NCBI GenBank assembly: GCA_025062275.1
Contig: JANXAP010000007.1
Coordinates: 113,779-177,778, forward strand
DNA: 64,000 bases
Reading direction: 5' to 3'
From: Dehalococcoidia bacterium
Lineage (GTDB): Bacteria; Chloroflexota; Dehalococcoidia; SM23-28-2; HRBIN24
The translations under genes were made by a program, and so were the position numbers. The notes below the pieces were generated by a model. The model was not told the origin of the DNA, made no database searches, and was given only the letters and a program-made list of their open reading frames with translations. The number at the start of each line of letters is the position of its first letter. Position 1 is the stretch's first letter. Shown here one piece after another: positions 28,220 through 36,666 of this stretch.

Positions 28220-29479
28220 ATGGCCCTGCGTTATCAGGCCCCCCGAGGCACCCAGGACATCCTGCCCGAGGACCAGCCCTACTGGGACTGGGTCAGGGAT
28301 ACCGCCTCCCGCCTGGCGTCCCTTTTCGGCTACGGACGCATCGACACCCCCGTTTTCGAACCGGCGGGCCTCTTCATCCGCACCACAGGCGAGGCCACCG
28401 ACATCGTCCAGAAGGAGATGTACATCTTCCACGATCGGGGCGGGCAGGAGCTGGCCCTGCGGCCCGAGGGCACAGCCCCCGTCTGCAGGGCCTATCTGGA
28501 GCACGGCATGCAGGCGCGGCCCCAACCGGTGCGCCTGTGGTACATCGCCCCCATATTCCGCTACGACCGCCCCCAGGCAGGGCGCTACCGCCAGCACCAC
28601 CAGTTCGGCGTCGAGGCCATCGGCGATGGCAGCCCCTTGCTGGACGCCGAGGTCATCGAGCTGCTCTGGCGCCTCTACGAGGAGCTGGGGCTGTCGGGGC
28701 TGACGCTTCGCCTCAACTCCATCGGCGACCGCAAGTGTCGGCCAGCTTACGTGCAGCTCCTGCGCGATTACTACAGCGACAAGCTGGACCGGGTCTGTGC
28801 CGACTGTCGCCAGCGCTACCAGCGCAACCCCCTGCGGCTCCTGGACTGCAAGCAGGAGGCGTGTCAGCCCGTCATCGCAGGGGCGCCCCCCATCACCGAG
28901 CACCTCTGCACCGAGTGCGCCGAGCACTTTGCCCAGCTGCGGGAGTATCTGGAGGGGCTGGGCATCCCCTACGAGCTGGAGCCGCGACTGGTGCGGGGCT
29001 TCGACTACTACACCCGCACCGTGTTCGAGGTGCACCCACCCGTCGAGGGCGCCCAGTCGGCCCTGGGCGGGGGCGGCCGCTATGATGGCCTCATCGAGGA
29101 GCTGGGCGGACCTCCCACCCCTGCTGTGGGCTTCGGCACCGGTATCGAGCGCATCATCCTCAACCTGAAGCGTCAGGAGGCCACGCCGTCGAAGAACGGG
29201 GGACTGGACGCCTTCGTGGCCTACCAGACGCCCCAGGCACGGCTGGCCGCCCTGCGCCTGGCCAGCCGCCTGCGTAGGGAGGGAATCGCAGCGGTGATAG
29301 CCACTGGCGACCGCTCTCTCAAGGCTCAGATGCGTCAGGCCGATGCCCGCGGCGCTCGTTACGCTCTCATCCTGGGGCAGAGAGAGCTGGAGGCAGGGAC
29401 CGTCACCATGCGACGCCTGGCCGACGGCCAGCAGGAGACTCTCCCCCTGGAGCAGGCCATCGCCCGCCTGCGTCCATAG
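28220..29479 (+). CDS. hisS: Histidine--tRNA ligase
   Basis: Class II aaRS motifs: APRGTQDILP, MYIFHDRGGQELALRPEGT, RYDRPQAGRYRQHHQFGVE, GGGRYDGL. There is an anticodon-binding C-terminus. Confidence 0.95.
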   Translation: MALRYQAPRGTQDILPEDQPYWDWVRDTASRLASLFGYGRIDTPVFEPAGLFIRTTGEATDIVQKEMYIFHDRGGQELALRPEGTAPVCRAYLEHGMQARPQPVRLWYIAPIFRYDRPQAGRYRQHHQFGVEAIGDGSPLLDAEVIELLWRLYEELGLSGLTLRLNSIGDRKCRPAYVQLLRDYYSDKLDRVCADCRQRYQRNPLRLLDCKQEACQPVIAGAPPITEHLCTECAEHFAQLREYLEGLGIPYELEPRLVRGFDYYTRTVFEVHPPVEGAQSALGGGGRYDGLIEELGGPPTPAVGFGTGIERIILNLKRQEATPSKNGGLDAFVAYQTPQARLAALRLASRLRREGIAAVIATGDRSLKAQMRQADARGARYALILGQRELEAGTVTMRRLADGQQETLPLEQAIARLRP

Positions 29480-29498
29480 CCCCGTGATATAATGCGTA

Positions 29499-29522
29499 GG
29501 GGCCCCGTGCGGGGCCCCGCAC
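29499..29522 (+). other. GC-rich stem-loop between hisS and prfA (terminator and/or leader structure)
   Basis: GGGGCCCC-GTGC-GGGGCCCC overlaps the 16-nt palindrome GTGCGGGGCCCCGCAC. It sits 5 nt after an extended -10 (TGaTATAAT, 29485..29493) and 17 nt before ATG 29539. Confidence 0.55.
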
Positions 29523-29538
29523 TATTGTGGTGACGGAC

Positions 29539-30609
29539 ATGTGGGAGAAGCTGGAGGAACTGGAGCGTCGCTTCGAGGAGCTGGCCCAGGAGATGGCCCG
29601 CCCCGAGGTGGTCGCCGATTACGAGCGGCTGCAGGCGCTGGCCAAGGAGCATGCCGCCCTGGAGAGGGTGGTCTCCCTCTATCGCGAATACAAGCGGCTG
29701 CAGCGAGCAGCTCGGGACGCCGAGGCCATCATCGCCGACGGCTCGGACCCCGAGCTGGCCACCCTGGCCCGCGACGAGCTGGCCCAGGCTCAGGCCGAGA
29801 TGGAGCGGCTGGAGCGGGAGCTGCGCCTGGCCCTCTTGCCCAAGAGCCCCCTGGACGAAAAGGACGTCATCGTCGAGATACGGGCAGCGGCGGGAGGCGA
29901 GGAGGCGGCCCTGTTCGCGGCTGACCTGTTCCGCATGTATTCGCGCTATGCCGAGCGCCAGGGCTGGGAGACGGAGGTCATTTCCAGCAGCCCCAGCGAC
30001 CTGGGGGGCTTCAAGGAGATCATCTTCGAGGTGCGAGGCAAGGGGGCCTACTCCCGCCTCAAGTATGAGAGCGGCGTTCACCGCGTCCAGCGGGTGCCTG
30101 TCACCGAGGCGGGAGGCCGCATCCACACCTCCACCGCCACCGTGGCAGTGTTGCCCGAGCCGGACGAGGTAGACCTTCACATCGACGAGAAGGACCTGCG
30201 CATCGAGGTCTTCGGTGCCTCGGGACACGGCGGCCAGCACATACAGAAGAACGCCACCGCTGTGCGCATCACCCATATCCCTACCGGGCTGGTGGTAGTC
30301 TGCCAGGACGAGCGCTCCCAGCACCGCAACCGTCAGCGGGCGATGCAGATCCTGCGCGCCCGTCTCCTGGACATGGAGCAGCGCAAGCAACAGGAGCAGA
30401 TAGAAGCGGCACGTCGCTCCCAGGTGGGCACAGGCGAGCGGGCGGAGAAGATACGCACCTACAACTTTCCTCAGGATCGGGTCACCGACCATCGTATCGG
30501 CCTGACCCTCTACAACCTGCAAGCGGTGCTGGACGGGGAGCTGGACCCCATCATCGAGGCCCTGCTGGAGCACGAGCAGGCCCAGCTCCTGGAGGGGCGG
30601 CCGGTGTGA
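29539..30609 (+). CDS. prfA: Peptide chain release factor 1
   Basis: MWEKLEELERRFEEL N-terminus, the RF1 tripeptide region RVQRVPVTEAGGRIHTS (PxT), and the GGQ motif SGHGGQHIQ. An alternative GTG start exists at 29527. Confidence 0.93.
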   Translation: MWEKLEELERRFEELAQEMARPEVVADYERLQALAKEHAALERVVSLYREYKRLQRAARDAEAIIADGSDPELATLARDELAQAQAEMERLERELRLALLPKSPLDEKDVIVEIRAAAGGEEAALFAADLFRMYSRYAERQGWETEVISSSPSDLGGFKEIIFEVRGKGAYSRLKYESGVHRVQRVPVTEAGGRIHTSTATVAVLPEPDEVDLHIDEKDLRIEVFGASGHGGQHIQKNATAVRITHIPTGLVVVCQDERSQHRNRQRAMQILRARLLDMEQRKQQEQIEAARRSQVGTGERAEKIRTYNFPQDRVTDHRIGLTLYNLQAVLDGELDPIIEALLEHEQAQLLEGRPV

Positions 30610-31451
30610 CCCTGCGGGAGGCGTTGCGGGAGGGCCGGCGTCTCCTGGAATCGATAGCCTCCGACGAGGCCGCCCTTGAGGCCGAGGCCCTCCTCTGCCA
30701 CGTCCTGGGCCTGGACCGTGCCCGCCTCTATGCTCGGCTCTCGGAACCCCTGCCGGCCCAGAGCTGCCGGGCCTTCTTGGACCTGGTAAGGCGAAGGCTC
30801 GCGAGGGAGCCGCTGTCCTACGTCCTGGGCCGGCGAGAGTTCTACGGCCTCGAGCTGGAGGTGACGCCGGCCGTGGCCGTCCCCAGGCCGGAGACGGAGC
30901 TGCTGGTGGAGACGGCCCTATCGTGGCTCCGGGGCAAGGCTGGCACCGTCCTGGCCGCGGACGTTGGCACCGGCTCCGGGACCATAGCCCTGGCCTTGGC
31001 TGCCCACGGCCCTCGGGGCCTTCGGGTGGTGGCCTGCGACATCTCGCCAGCGGCCCTGGCGGTGGCCCGTCGCAACGCGCGACGCCTGGGACTGGAGGGA
31101 AGGGTCGATTTCGTCCTGGCTGACCTGCTTTCCCCCCTCCGTGGGGCCTTCCACCTCATAGCAGCCAATCTGCCTTACGTTCCGACAGCCGAACTGGAGG
31201 CTGCCCCGCCGGAGGTCCAGCGGGAACCGCGGCTAGCGCTGGACGGCGGCCCCGATGGCCTGAGGGTCATCGCCCGCCTGCTGGAACAGGTGCCGCCCCT
31301 GCTGGCCCCCGGGGGTCTCTTGCTGCTGGAGATGGCCCCCCATCAGGCACAGGCCCTCGCCGAGATGGCCCGCGCTGCCCTGCCTGAGGCCAGGGTGCAG
31401 GTCGTGCGCGACCTGTCGGGGCGGGAGCGGCTGCTGGCTGCCTGGACTTAG
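30606..31451 (+). CDS. prmC: Release-factor glutamine N5-methyltransferase (PrmC/HemK)
   Basis: The gene overlaps the prfA stop. SAM motif DVGTGSGTIALALA. The catalytic tetrapeptide reads NLPY (31167..31178) instead of the usual NPPY. Confidence 0.85.
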   Translation: MTLREALREGRRLLESIASDEAALEAEALLCHVLGLDRARLYARLSEPLPAQSCRAFLDLVRRRLAREPLSYVLGRREFYGLELEVTPAVAVPRPETELLVETALSWLRGKAGTVLAADVGTGSGTIALALAAHGPRGLRVVACDISPAALAVARRNARRLGLEGRVDFVLADLLSPLRGAFHLIAANLPYVPTAELEAAPPEVQREPRLALDGGPDGLRVIARLLEQVPPLLAPGGLLLLEMAPHQAQALAEMARAALPEARVQVVRDLSGRERLLAAWT

Positions 31452-31454
31452 GCC

Positions 31455-32453
31455 TCAGCCGTGCAGCTCGATGATGTCCCGGTCGGACAGCACGTAGTCG
31501 CGGCCCACCCTCTGGCCCGGGAACTTGGTGGACCCCCACACCAGGGCATACCTGAGACGCTGACGCCAGGACTTGTGCAGCGACTCGGCCGCCTCCTCTA
31601 CCGTGCTGCCCGCGGGCAGCACCAGAGGGGCGTCCAGCCTCGGCTCCTCCCCCGGAGGCTTCGTGTAGACGCGGATGACCCCCAGAGCGCGGAAGGCCTC
31701 CCGCACCAGATCGTCCAGCCCCACCCCCTCCTGGGCCGAGACCATCACCACCGGGTAGCGGTCGCCCAGGGCCGCCTCGAGGCGCTGGAACTCGTCCAGG
31801 GCACCATCCAGATCCGCCTTGTTTCCGACGATGACCAGGGGCTTCTGGGACTGCCAGCGGGACGGGTCGGGACGCTGGTCGCGACCCAAAGGCCCGATGC
31901 CCCATCCCTCCAGCAGGGTGATGGTGCCTTCGGCCTGGGCCACGGCGTCTGCGCTCAGGTCGGCCACCAGCACCAGGACATCGACGTTGCGTAGAAGGCC
32001 GAAGAGCCTTCCTTCCAGCCTCCCCTCCGCCAAAGGAGGCGTGTCCACCAGCTGGACATAGACGTCCTCGAACCGGGCCATCCCTGGCTGCGGAAGCTGG
32101 GTAGTGAAGGGATAGGGGGCCACCCTGGCCGGGGCACCGGTGAGGGCTGCCAGGATGCTGGACTTGCCCGTGTTGGGCGGGCCCATGAGGGCTGCCTGGC
32201 CGGCGCCCTCCTTGGGAATGGCGAAGGGATGGCTGCGGCCGCCCCGTGGCCCCGAGGGGTGCTCCAGCTCGTCCATCAGGCGGGCCATCTTGGCCCTCAG
32301 CTCGGCCCGCAGGTGGTCGGTTCCTTTGTGCTTGGGCATCACGGCCAGCATCTCCTGCAGGGCGGCCAGCTTCTCGGGGATGGTGCGGGCGGACCGGTAG
32401 CGCTTCTCGGCCTCGTGATACTGCGGGGGCAGATTGGCCGGCATGCCTGTCAC
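31455..32453 (-). CDS. DRG/OBG-like GTPase with C-terminal TGS domain
   Basis: DRG-type N-terminal helix (KHKGTDHLRAELRAKMARLMDELE), G1 GPPNTGKSS, G3 DTPPL, G4 NKAD, and a TGS-like C-terminus (IRVYTKPPGEEP...). Confidence 0.75.
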   Translation of the reverse strand: MTGMPANLPPQYHEAEKRYRSARTIPEKLAALQEMLAVMPKHKGTDHLRAELRAKMARLMDELEHPSGPRGGRSHPFAIPKEGAGQAALMGPPNTGKSSILAALTGAPARVAPYPFTTQLPQPGMARFEDVYVQLVDTPPLAEGRLEGRLFGLLRNVDVLVLVADLSADAVAQAEGTITLLEGWGIGPLGRDQRPDPSRWQSQKPLVIVGNKADLDGALDEFQRLEAALGDRYPVVMVSAQEGVGLDDLVREAFRALGVIRVYTKPPGEEPRLDAPLVLPAGSTVEEAAESLHKSWRQRLRYALVWGSTKFPGQRVGRDYVLSDRDIIELHG

Positions 32454-32506
32454 GGGGGCGCGGCGCCACGCCCCACTCCATCATAGCAGCCCGGCTCCGG
32501 GGGCCT

Positions 32507-33007
32507 TCAGAGGTCCACGCTGACGCGCATCCCCTGACGATAGACCAACGTCCCGCCAAAGTAATTGCCGATGGCGACGGACAGGCAGCCCAGACCCAGC
32601 AACGCAACAGCTGCCGGGGCCGTCTGGCGGGCGTCGTAGTCCAGGAGACGAATGGCCAGGCTCGCAGCGAAAAGGGCGGCGGCGCTCAACTGACAGAGCA
32701 GGTGGTAGGTGCCCAGTCGTCGCTTGCGGGAGCCGGGAACCATGGGCAGATAGTCGACGAGGCCGGTGACGGCGGCGGGGAGGGTCATACCCAGGGCGAA
32801 GGCCAGGTTGTAAAAGGCGGCGCGGGGAAGGGTCAGATCGGCATGGACACGGGAGGCGATGTCGAAGGCGAAGGCAGCTAGAGGCAGGGCAGCGGGAAAG
32901 TGGACGAACAGAGGATGGCTGGGGTGACGGAGAGGCTTGCCCTGGACGACCTCCCGCAGCGTCCAGCGCCCGGCGACTACAGGGCTCTCGCTCCAGAGAC
33001 GGCGCAT
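32507..33007 (-). CDS. DUF2231-family membrane protein
   Basis: The HPLFVHFPAALPLAAFAFD signature is followed by three further TM helices. Confidence 0.6.
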   Translation of the reverse strand: MRRLWSESPVVAGRWTLREVVQGKPLRHPSHPLFVHFPAALPLAAFAFDIASRVHADLTLPRAAFYNLAFALGMTLPAAVTGLVDYLPMVPGSRKRRLGTYHLLCQLSAAALFAASLAIRLLDYDARQTAPAAVALLGLGCLSVAIGNYFGGTLVYRQGMRVSVDL

Positions 33008-33061
33008 GGTGCGGTGGCGCGAATAGGGGGGAGGGGCTGTCCCACCCCTCCCCCGCCTGGC

Positions 33062-33226
33062 TTACTGGACTCCGCCGTGGCGACGCAGCCCCTGCTCGAT
33101 GTTCTGCAGCAGCTGCCGCATATCCACCTCGGCCGCCTCCGCCGCCTGGCGGAACTGGCTCAGGGTGATGTGGCGCGGGTCTCCGTGGTTGTCCTCCGGC
33201 TCGTCACAGCCGCAGGTGATGCACAT
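33062..33226 (-). CDS. Small (54 aa) Cys-rich protein, MCITCGC N-terminus; not in the supplied ORF track
   Basis: Minus-strand ATG 33226, preceded by AAGGAGGGAGGTGA with a 6-nt spacer. Translation: MCITCGCDEPEDNHGDPRHITLSQFRQAAEAAEVDMRQLLQNIEQGLRRHGGVQ, stop TAA at 33064..33062. Confidence 0.6.
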   Translation of the reverse strand: MCITCGCDEPEDNHGDPRHITLSQFRQAAEAAEVDMRQLLQNIEQGLRRHGGVQ

Positions 33227-33492
33227 GCCCCGTCACCTCCCTCCTTCTGCCGCCTCTTGCAGTATACGCCAGCGGGACCGGCCCCGGATTTGAGGGCCGG
33301 CGCGGCGCGTCAGCGGTCGGTCAGAAAACGGTCTCAAAAACGCGGCGCCGCAGGTGGTGGCGCCTTTGTGCCAGGGCATCGCAGGCAGCTTCCTCGGGGA
33401 TGGCACAGACAGCCCGGCGACGCTCCTCCACCTCGGCCAAGCCGGCCGCGGTGCGGTGCCCACCCCACGATGGCCTTCGAGGGAGGCCTGCG

Positions 33493-33521
33493 TTGACGGA
33501 GGGATGTTCCTGCCTTATGAT
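33493..33521 (+). promoter_or_regulatory. Candidate sigma-70-type promoter for the ACD beta gene
   Basis: TTGACG (33493..33498), a 17-nt spacer, then TATGAT (33516..33521), 27 nt before ATG 33549. Confidence 0.45.
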
Positions 33522-33548
33522 GGGCGCGACTTCCACGCAGGAACGGTC

Positions 33549-34241
33549 ATGTCCATCGCCGATGTCTTCGAGCGCGCCCGTGCCCAGGGCCGCCGCGTGC
33601 TAACGGAGGTAGAGTCCAAGCAGGTGCTGGCCGAGGCGGGCATCCCCGTAGTCCCCGCCCGGCTGGCCACCACCCCGCAGGAGGCAGCCGCCGTCGCACG
33701 AGAGGTGGGCTTCCCGGTGGTGCTGAAAATCGTATCCCCCGACATCGTCCACAAGACGGACGTGGGGGGCGTCCGTCTGGGCCTGAAGGACGCCCAGGAG
33801 GTAGCCACCGCCTTCGCGGAGCTGGTGGAGAGCGCCCGCCGTCACGTCCCCGACGCCCGCATAGAGGGGGTGTCGGTGCAGGCCCAAGCGCGGCCAGGCG
33901 TCGAGGTCATCATGGGCATGAGCAAGGACCCCCAGTTCGGGCCGGTCCTCATGTTCGGCCTGGGGGGCATCCTGGTGGAGATACTGAAGGACGTCTCCTT
34001 CCGCATCGTCCCCATCGAAGCCAGGGACGCCCGCGAGATGATCCGGGAGATCAGGGCCTTCCCGATCCTTCAGGGCTATCGCGGCCAGCCCCCGTCCGAC
34101 CTGGAGGCCCTGGAAGGGATGCTGCTGCGGCTGTCGAAGCTGGCCGAGGCCTTTCCCGAAGTGGAGGAGCTGGACCTGAACCCCGTCTTCGCCTATTCCC
34201 AGGGGGCGGTGGCGGTGGATGCCCGCATCGTGCTGTCCTGA
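33549..34241 (+). CDS. ADP-forming acetyl-CoA synthetase, beta (ATP-grasp) subunit
   Basis: MSIADVFERARAQGRRVLTEVESKQVLAEAGIPVV..., FPVVLKIVSPDIVHKTDVGGVRLGL, ELDLNPVFA. This is typical of the ATP-grasp_5 domain of NDP-forming acyl-CoA synthetases. Confidence 0.8.
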   Translation: MSIADVFERARAQGRRVLTEVESKQVLAEAGIPVVPARLATTPQEAAAVAREVGFPVVLKIVSPDIVHKTDVGGVRLGLKDAQEVATAFAELVESARRHVPDARIEGVSVQAQARPGVEVIMGMSKDPQFGPVLMFGLGGILVEILKDVSFRIVPIEARDAREMIREIRAFPILQGYRGQPPSDLEALEGMLLRLSKLAEAFPEVEELDLNPVFAYSQGAVAVDARIVLS

Positions 34242-34253
34242 GAGGGTGTCGCC

Positions 34254-35120
34254 GTGCCGCCGCGTCGTCCAGTCCCCAAGCGCTGGCAGAAGGGCATGGT
34301 GGAGGTGGCAGAGGGTGTCTTCGCCTACCTCTCCGGCAGCGGGGCCACGGGCCTCGCCAATGCTGGCCTGGTGGTGGGCGATGGCGAGGCGCTGGCCATC
34401 GACTCCCTCATGGTGCCATCCCTGAGCCGTGCCTTCCGGCGGGCCATCCGCCGCCTCACCGACGCGCCCGTGCGCTACCTGGTCAACACCCACCACCACA
34501 TCGACCATATCGGCGGCAACCAGTTCTTCCGCCAGGCGGCCATCGTCGCCCATAAGAACTGTCGGGAGGAGGCGCTGGCGGCAGGCATCCCCGTGGAGGC
34601 GCTGGCCCAGCGTATGCCCCGCTTTGCCTCGGGCTTCCGCCAGCTGCAGCTCACACCCCCTCAGCTCATCTATGAGAACCGCCTGGTGCTGCACCTGGGC
34701 GGGCGGGAGGTGCACCTCCTACACTTCGGGCCCGGCCACACTCGAGGCGATACCCTGGTATACCTCCCCAGGGAGAGGGTGCTCTTTGCCGGAGATATCG
34801 TCTTTCGCTATGTGACCCCCGGCCCCTTCGATGCCCACGTGACGGGCTGGATACGCGTGCTGGATCGTGCGCGACAGCTGGACGTGCAGACGGTGGTGCC
34901 CGGTCACGGCCCCCTGGGCGACCGTAAGGCCCTGGACGAGATGCGGCAGTACCTGGCTATCGTGCGGCGGGAGGCGCGCAAGTCCTTTCAGGAGGGGCTG
35001 CCGGCAGAGGAGGCAGCCCGTCGCCTGCGCCTCGGGGGTTACTACGCCGCCTGGGCCGTGCCGGAGCGGCTGCCGGTCCTGGTGCGCCGCCTCTATATGG
35101 AGCTGAGGGGAGAGCTGTAG
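34254..35120 (+). CDS. MBL-fold metallo-hydrolase
   Basis: VNTHHHIDHIGGN, FGPGHTRGD and PGHGP motifs. Confidence 0.8.
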   Translation: MPPRRPVPKRWQKGMVEVAEGVFAYLSGSGATGLANAGLVVGDGEALAIDSLMVPSLSRAFRRAIRRLTDAPVRYLVNTHHHIDHIGGNQFFRQAAIVAHKNCREEALAAGIPVEALAQRMPRFASGFRQLQLTPPQLIYENRLVLHLGGREVHLLHFGPGHTRGDTLVYLPRERVLFAGDIVFRYVTPGPFDAHVTGWIRVLDRARQLDVQTVVPGHGPLGDRKALDEMRQYLAIVRREARKSFQEGLPAEEAARRLRLGGYYAAWAVPERLPVLVRRLYMELRGEL

Positions 35121-36578
35121 ATGGGCGGACTGCCCTTCACCGCGGAGGAGCTCAGGGCCAGGCTGGACCGCGCCTTCAACCCCCGGGCGGTAGCGGTGGT
35201 GGGCGATAAAAGGGCCAACGGCTTCCTGTGGCTCACATCCATGCGCACCTTCCAGGGACCCCTCTACTCGGTGCAGATCGACCCGCAAGAAGCGGCAGCC
35301 ATCACCGCCATGGGCATCCCCAACTACTCCAGCCTCAGGGAAGTGCCGGGGCCGGTAGACTACGTGGTCTGCGCGGTGCCGCGGCAGGTGGCTCCCCGCA
35401 TCGTGGCCGACTGCGCCGAGACCGGCGTCACGGCGGTGGCCCTCTTCACCTCCGGCTTCGCCGAGACGGAGCAGGAAGAGGGCATCAGGCTGCAGTGGGA
35501 GATAGGCGAGATCGCCCGTCGGGCTGGCCTGCTGCTCATAGGCCCCAACTGTATGGGCATCTACAACCCCAGGCTGGGGGTGCGCCACAGCGCCGAGCAG
35601 GAGGTCTACGGGGACGGGCGCGTAGCCTTCATCTCCCAGAGCGGGACCCACTGCATCAACTTTTCGCTGGTGGGCTACCTGCACGGAGTCCGCTGCTCCA
35701 AGACCGTCAGCGTCGGCAACTGCGAGGTGCTGGACATCGCCGACTACCTGGACTACTTCCTGCACGACCCCGAGACCGAGGTCATCGCCATGTATGTGGA
35801 GGGGCCACGGGACGGGCGGCGGTTCTTCCAGGTATTGAAGGAGGCGGCACGGCGCAAGCCCGTGGTGGTCTGGAAAGGGGGCGTCACCGACCCGGGCGCG
35901 AGGGCCGTCTACTCCCACACCGCCTCTCTGGCCACAGCTCCCCAGGTCTGGCGGGCGGCCATGCGCCAGGCGGGGGCCATCGAGGCCGAGACTCTGGAGG
36001 AGACCATCGACGTGGTCAAGGCCCTGCTCTACACCCGGCCCGTGACCGGGCGCCGCATGGGCCTCATCGCCATGACGGGAGGCCAGTCAGTGGTCATCAC
36101 CGACGCCTTCGCTCGCGAAGGGCTGGAGGTGCCGCTGCTGACGCCCAGCTCCTATCAGCGCCTGGCCTCCTTCTTCAACGTCATCGGCGGCAGCTACCGA
36201 AACCCGCTGGACGCTGGCGGGACGGTGGCCATGGGCTTCGCCGTGGACAACGTGCGCCGGTTGCTGGAGGTCCTGGATGCCGACGAGAACGTGGACGCCA
36301 TCGCCTTCGAGGTGGGGACGGGCTTTCTGGTCCGCCGCATTCGCCACGACCCCTCCCTGCTGGACTCGCTGGCCGAGGCCCTGGCGGCCTTCAAGGAGTC
36401 CTCGCCCAAGGCTTTGGTGACGGTGGTGCACCCGGGCCATGCCGAGGAGGTGAGCGCACAGATCCGTGCCCGCTTCCTCGAGCGGGGCCTGCCCGTCTTC
36501 GCCACCTTCGGGCAGGCGGCCCGTGCCCTGCGGCGGGCCATCGATTACTGGCGTTTCCGCCAGGAACAAGGGGCGTAA
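35121..36578 (+). CDS. ADP-forming acetyl-CoA synthetase, alpha subunit (CoA-binding plus succinyl-CoA-synthetase-like domains)
   Basis: PRAVAVVGDKRANG..., LIGPNCMGIYNP, AFISQSGT, and a ligase-CoA domain. The ATG follows the MBL stop directly. Confidence 0.8.
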   Translation: MGGLPFTAEELRARLDRAFNPRAVAVVGDKRANGFLWLTSMRTFQGPLYSVQIDPQEAAAITAMGIPNYSSLREVPGPVDYVVCAVPRQVAPRIVADCAETGVTAVALFTSGFAETEQEEGIRLQWEIGEIARRAGLLLIGPNCMGIYNPRLGVRHSAEQEVYGDGRVAFISQSGTHCINFSLVGYLHGVRCSKTVSVGNCEVLDIADYLDYFLHDPETEVIAMYVEGPRDGRRFFQVLKEAARRKPVVVWKGGVTDPGARAVYSHTASLATAPQVWRAAMRQAGAIEAETLEETIDVVKALLYTRPVTGRRMGLIAMTGGQSVVITDAFAREGLEVPLLTPSSYQRLASFFNVIGGSYRNPLDAGGTVAMGFAVDNVRRLLEVLDADENVDAIAFEVGTGFLVRRIRHDPSLLDSLAEALAAFKESSPKALVTVVHPGHAEEVSAQIRARFLERGLPVFATFGQAARALRRAIDYWRFRQEQGA

Positions 36579-36666
36579 TCGGCCTCCCCTGGTGGCCCCG
36601 CTGGCCCTCGGCCCGAACCTATCCGCCGTATACTATGGGCTGGCCTCCGTCCGACGAGGCTCCTGC

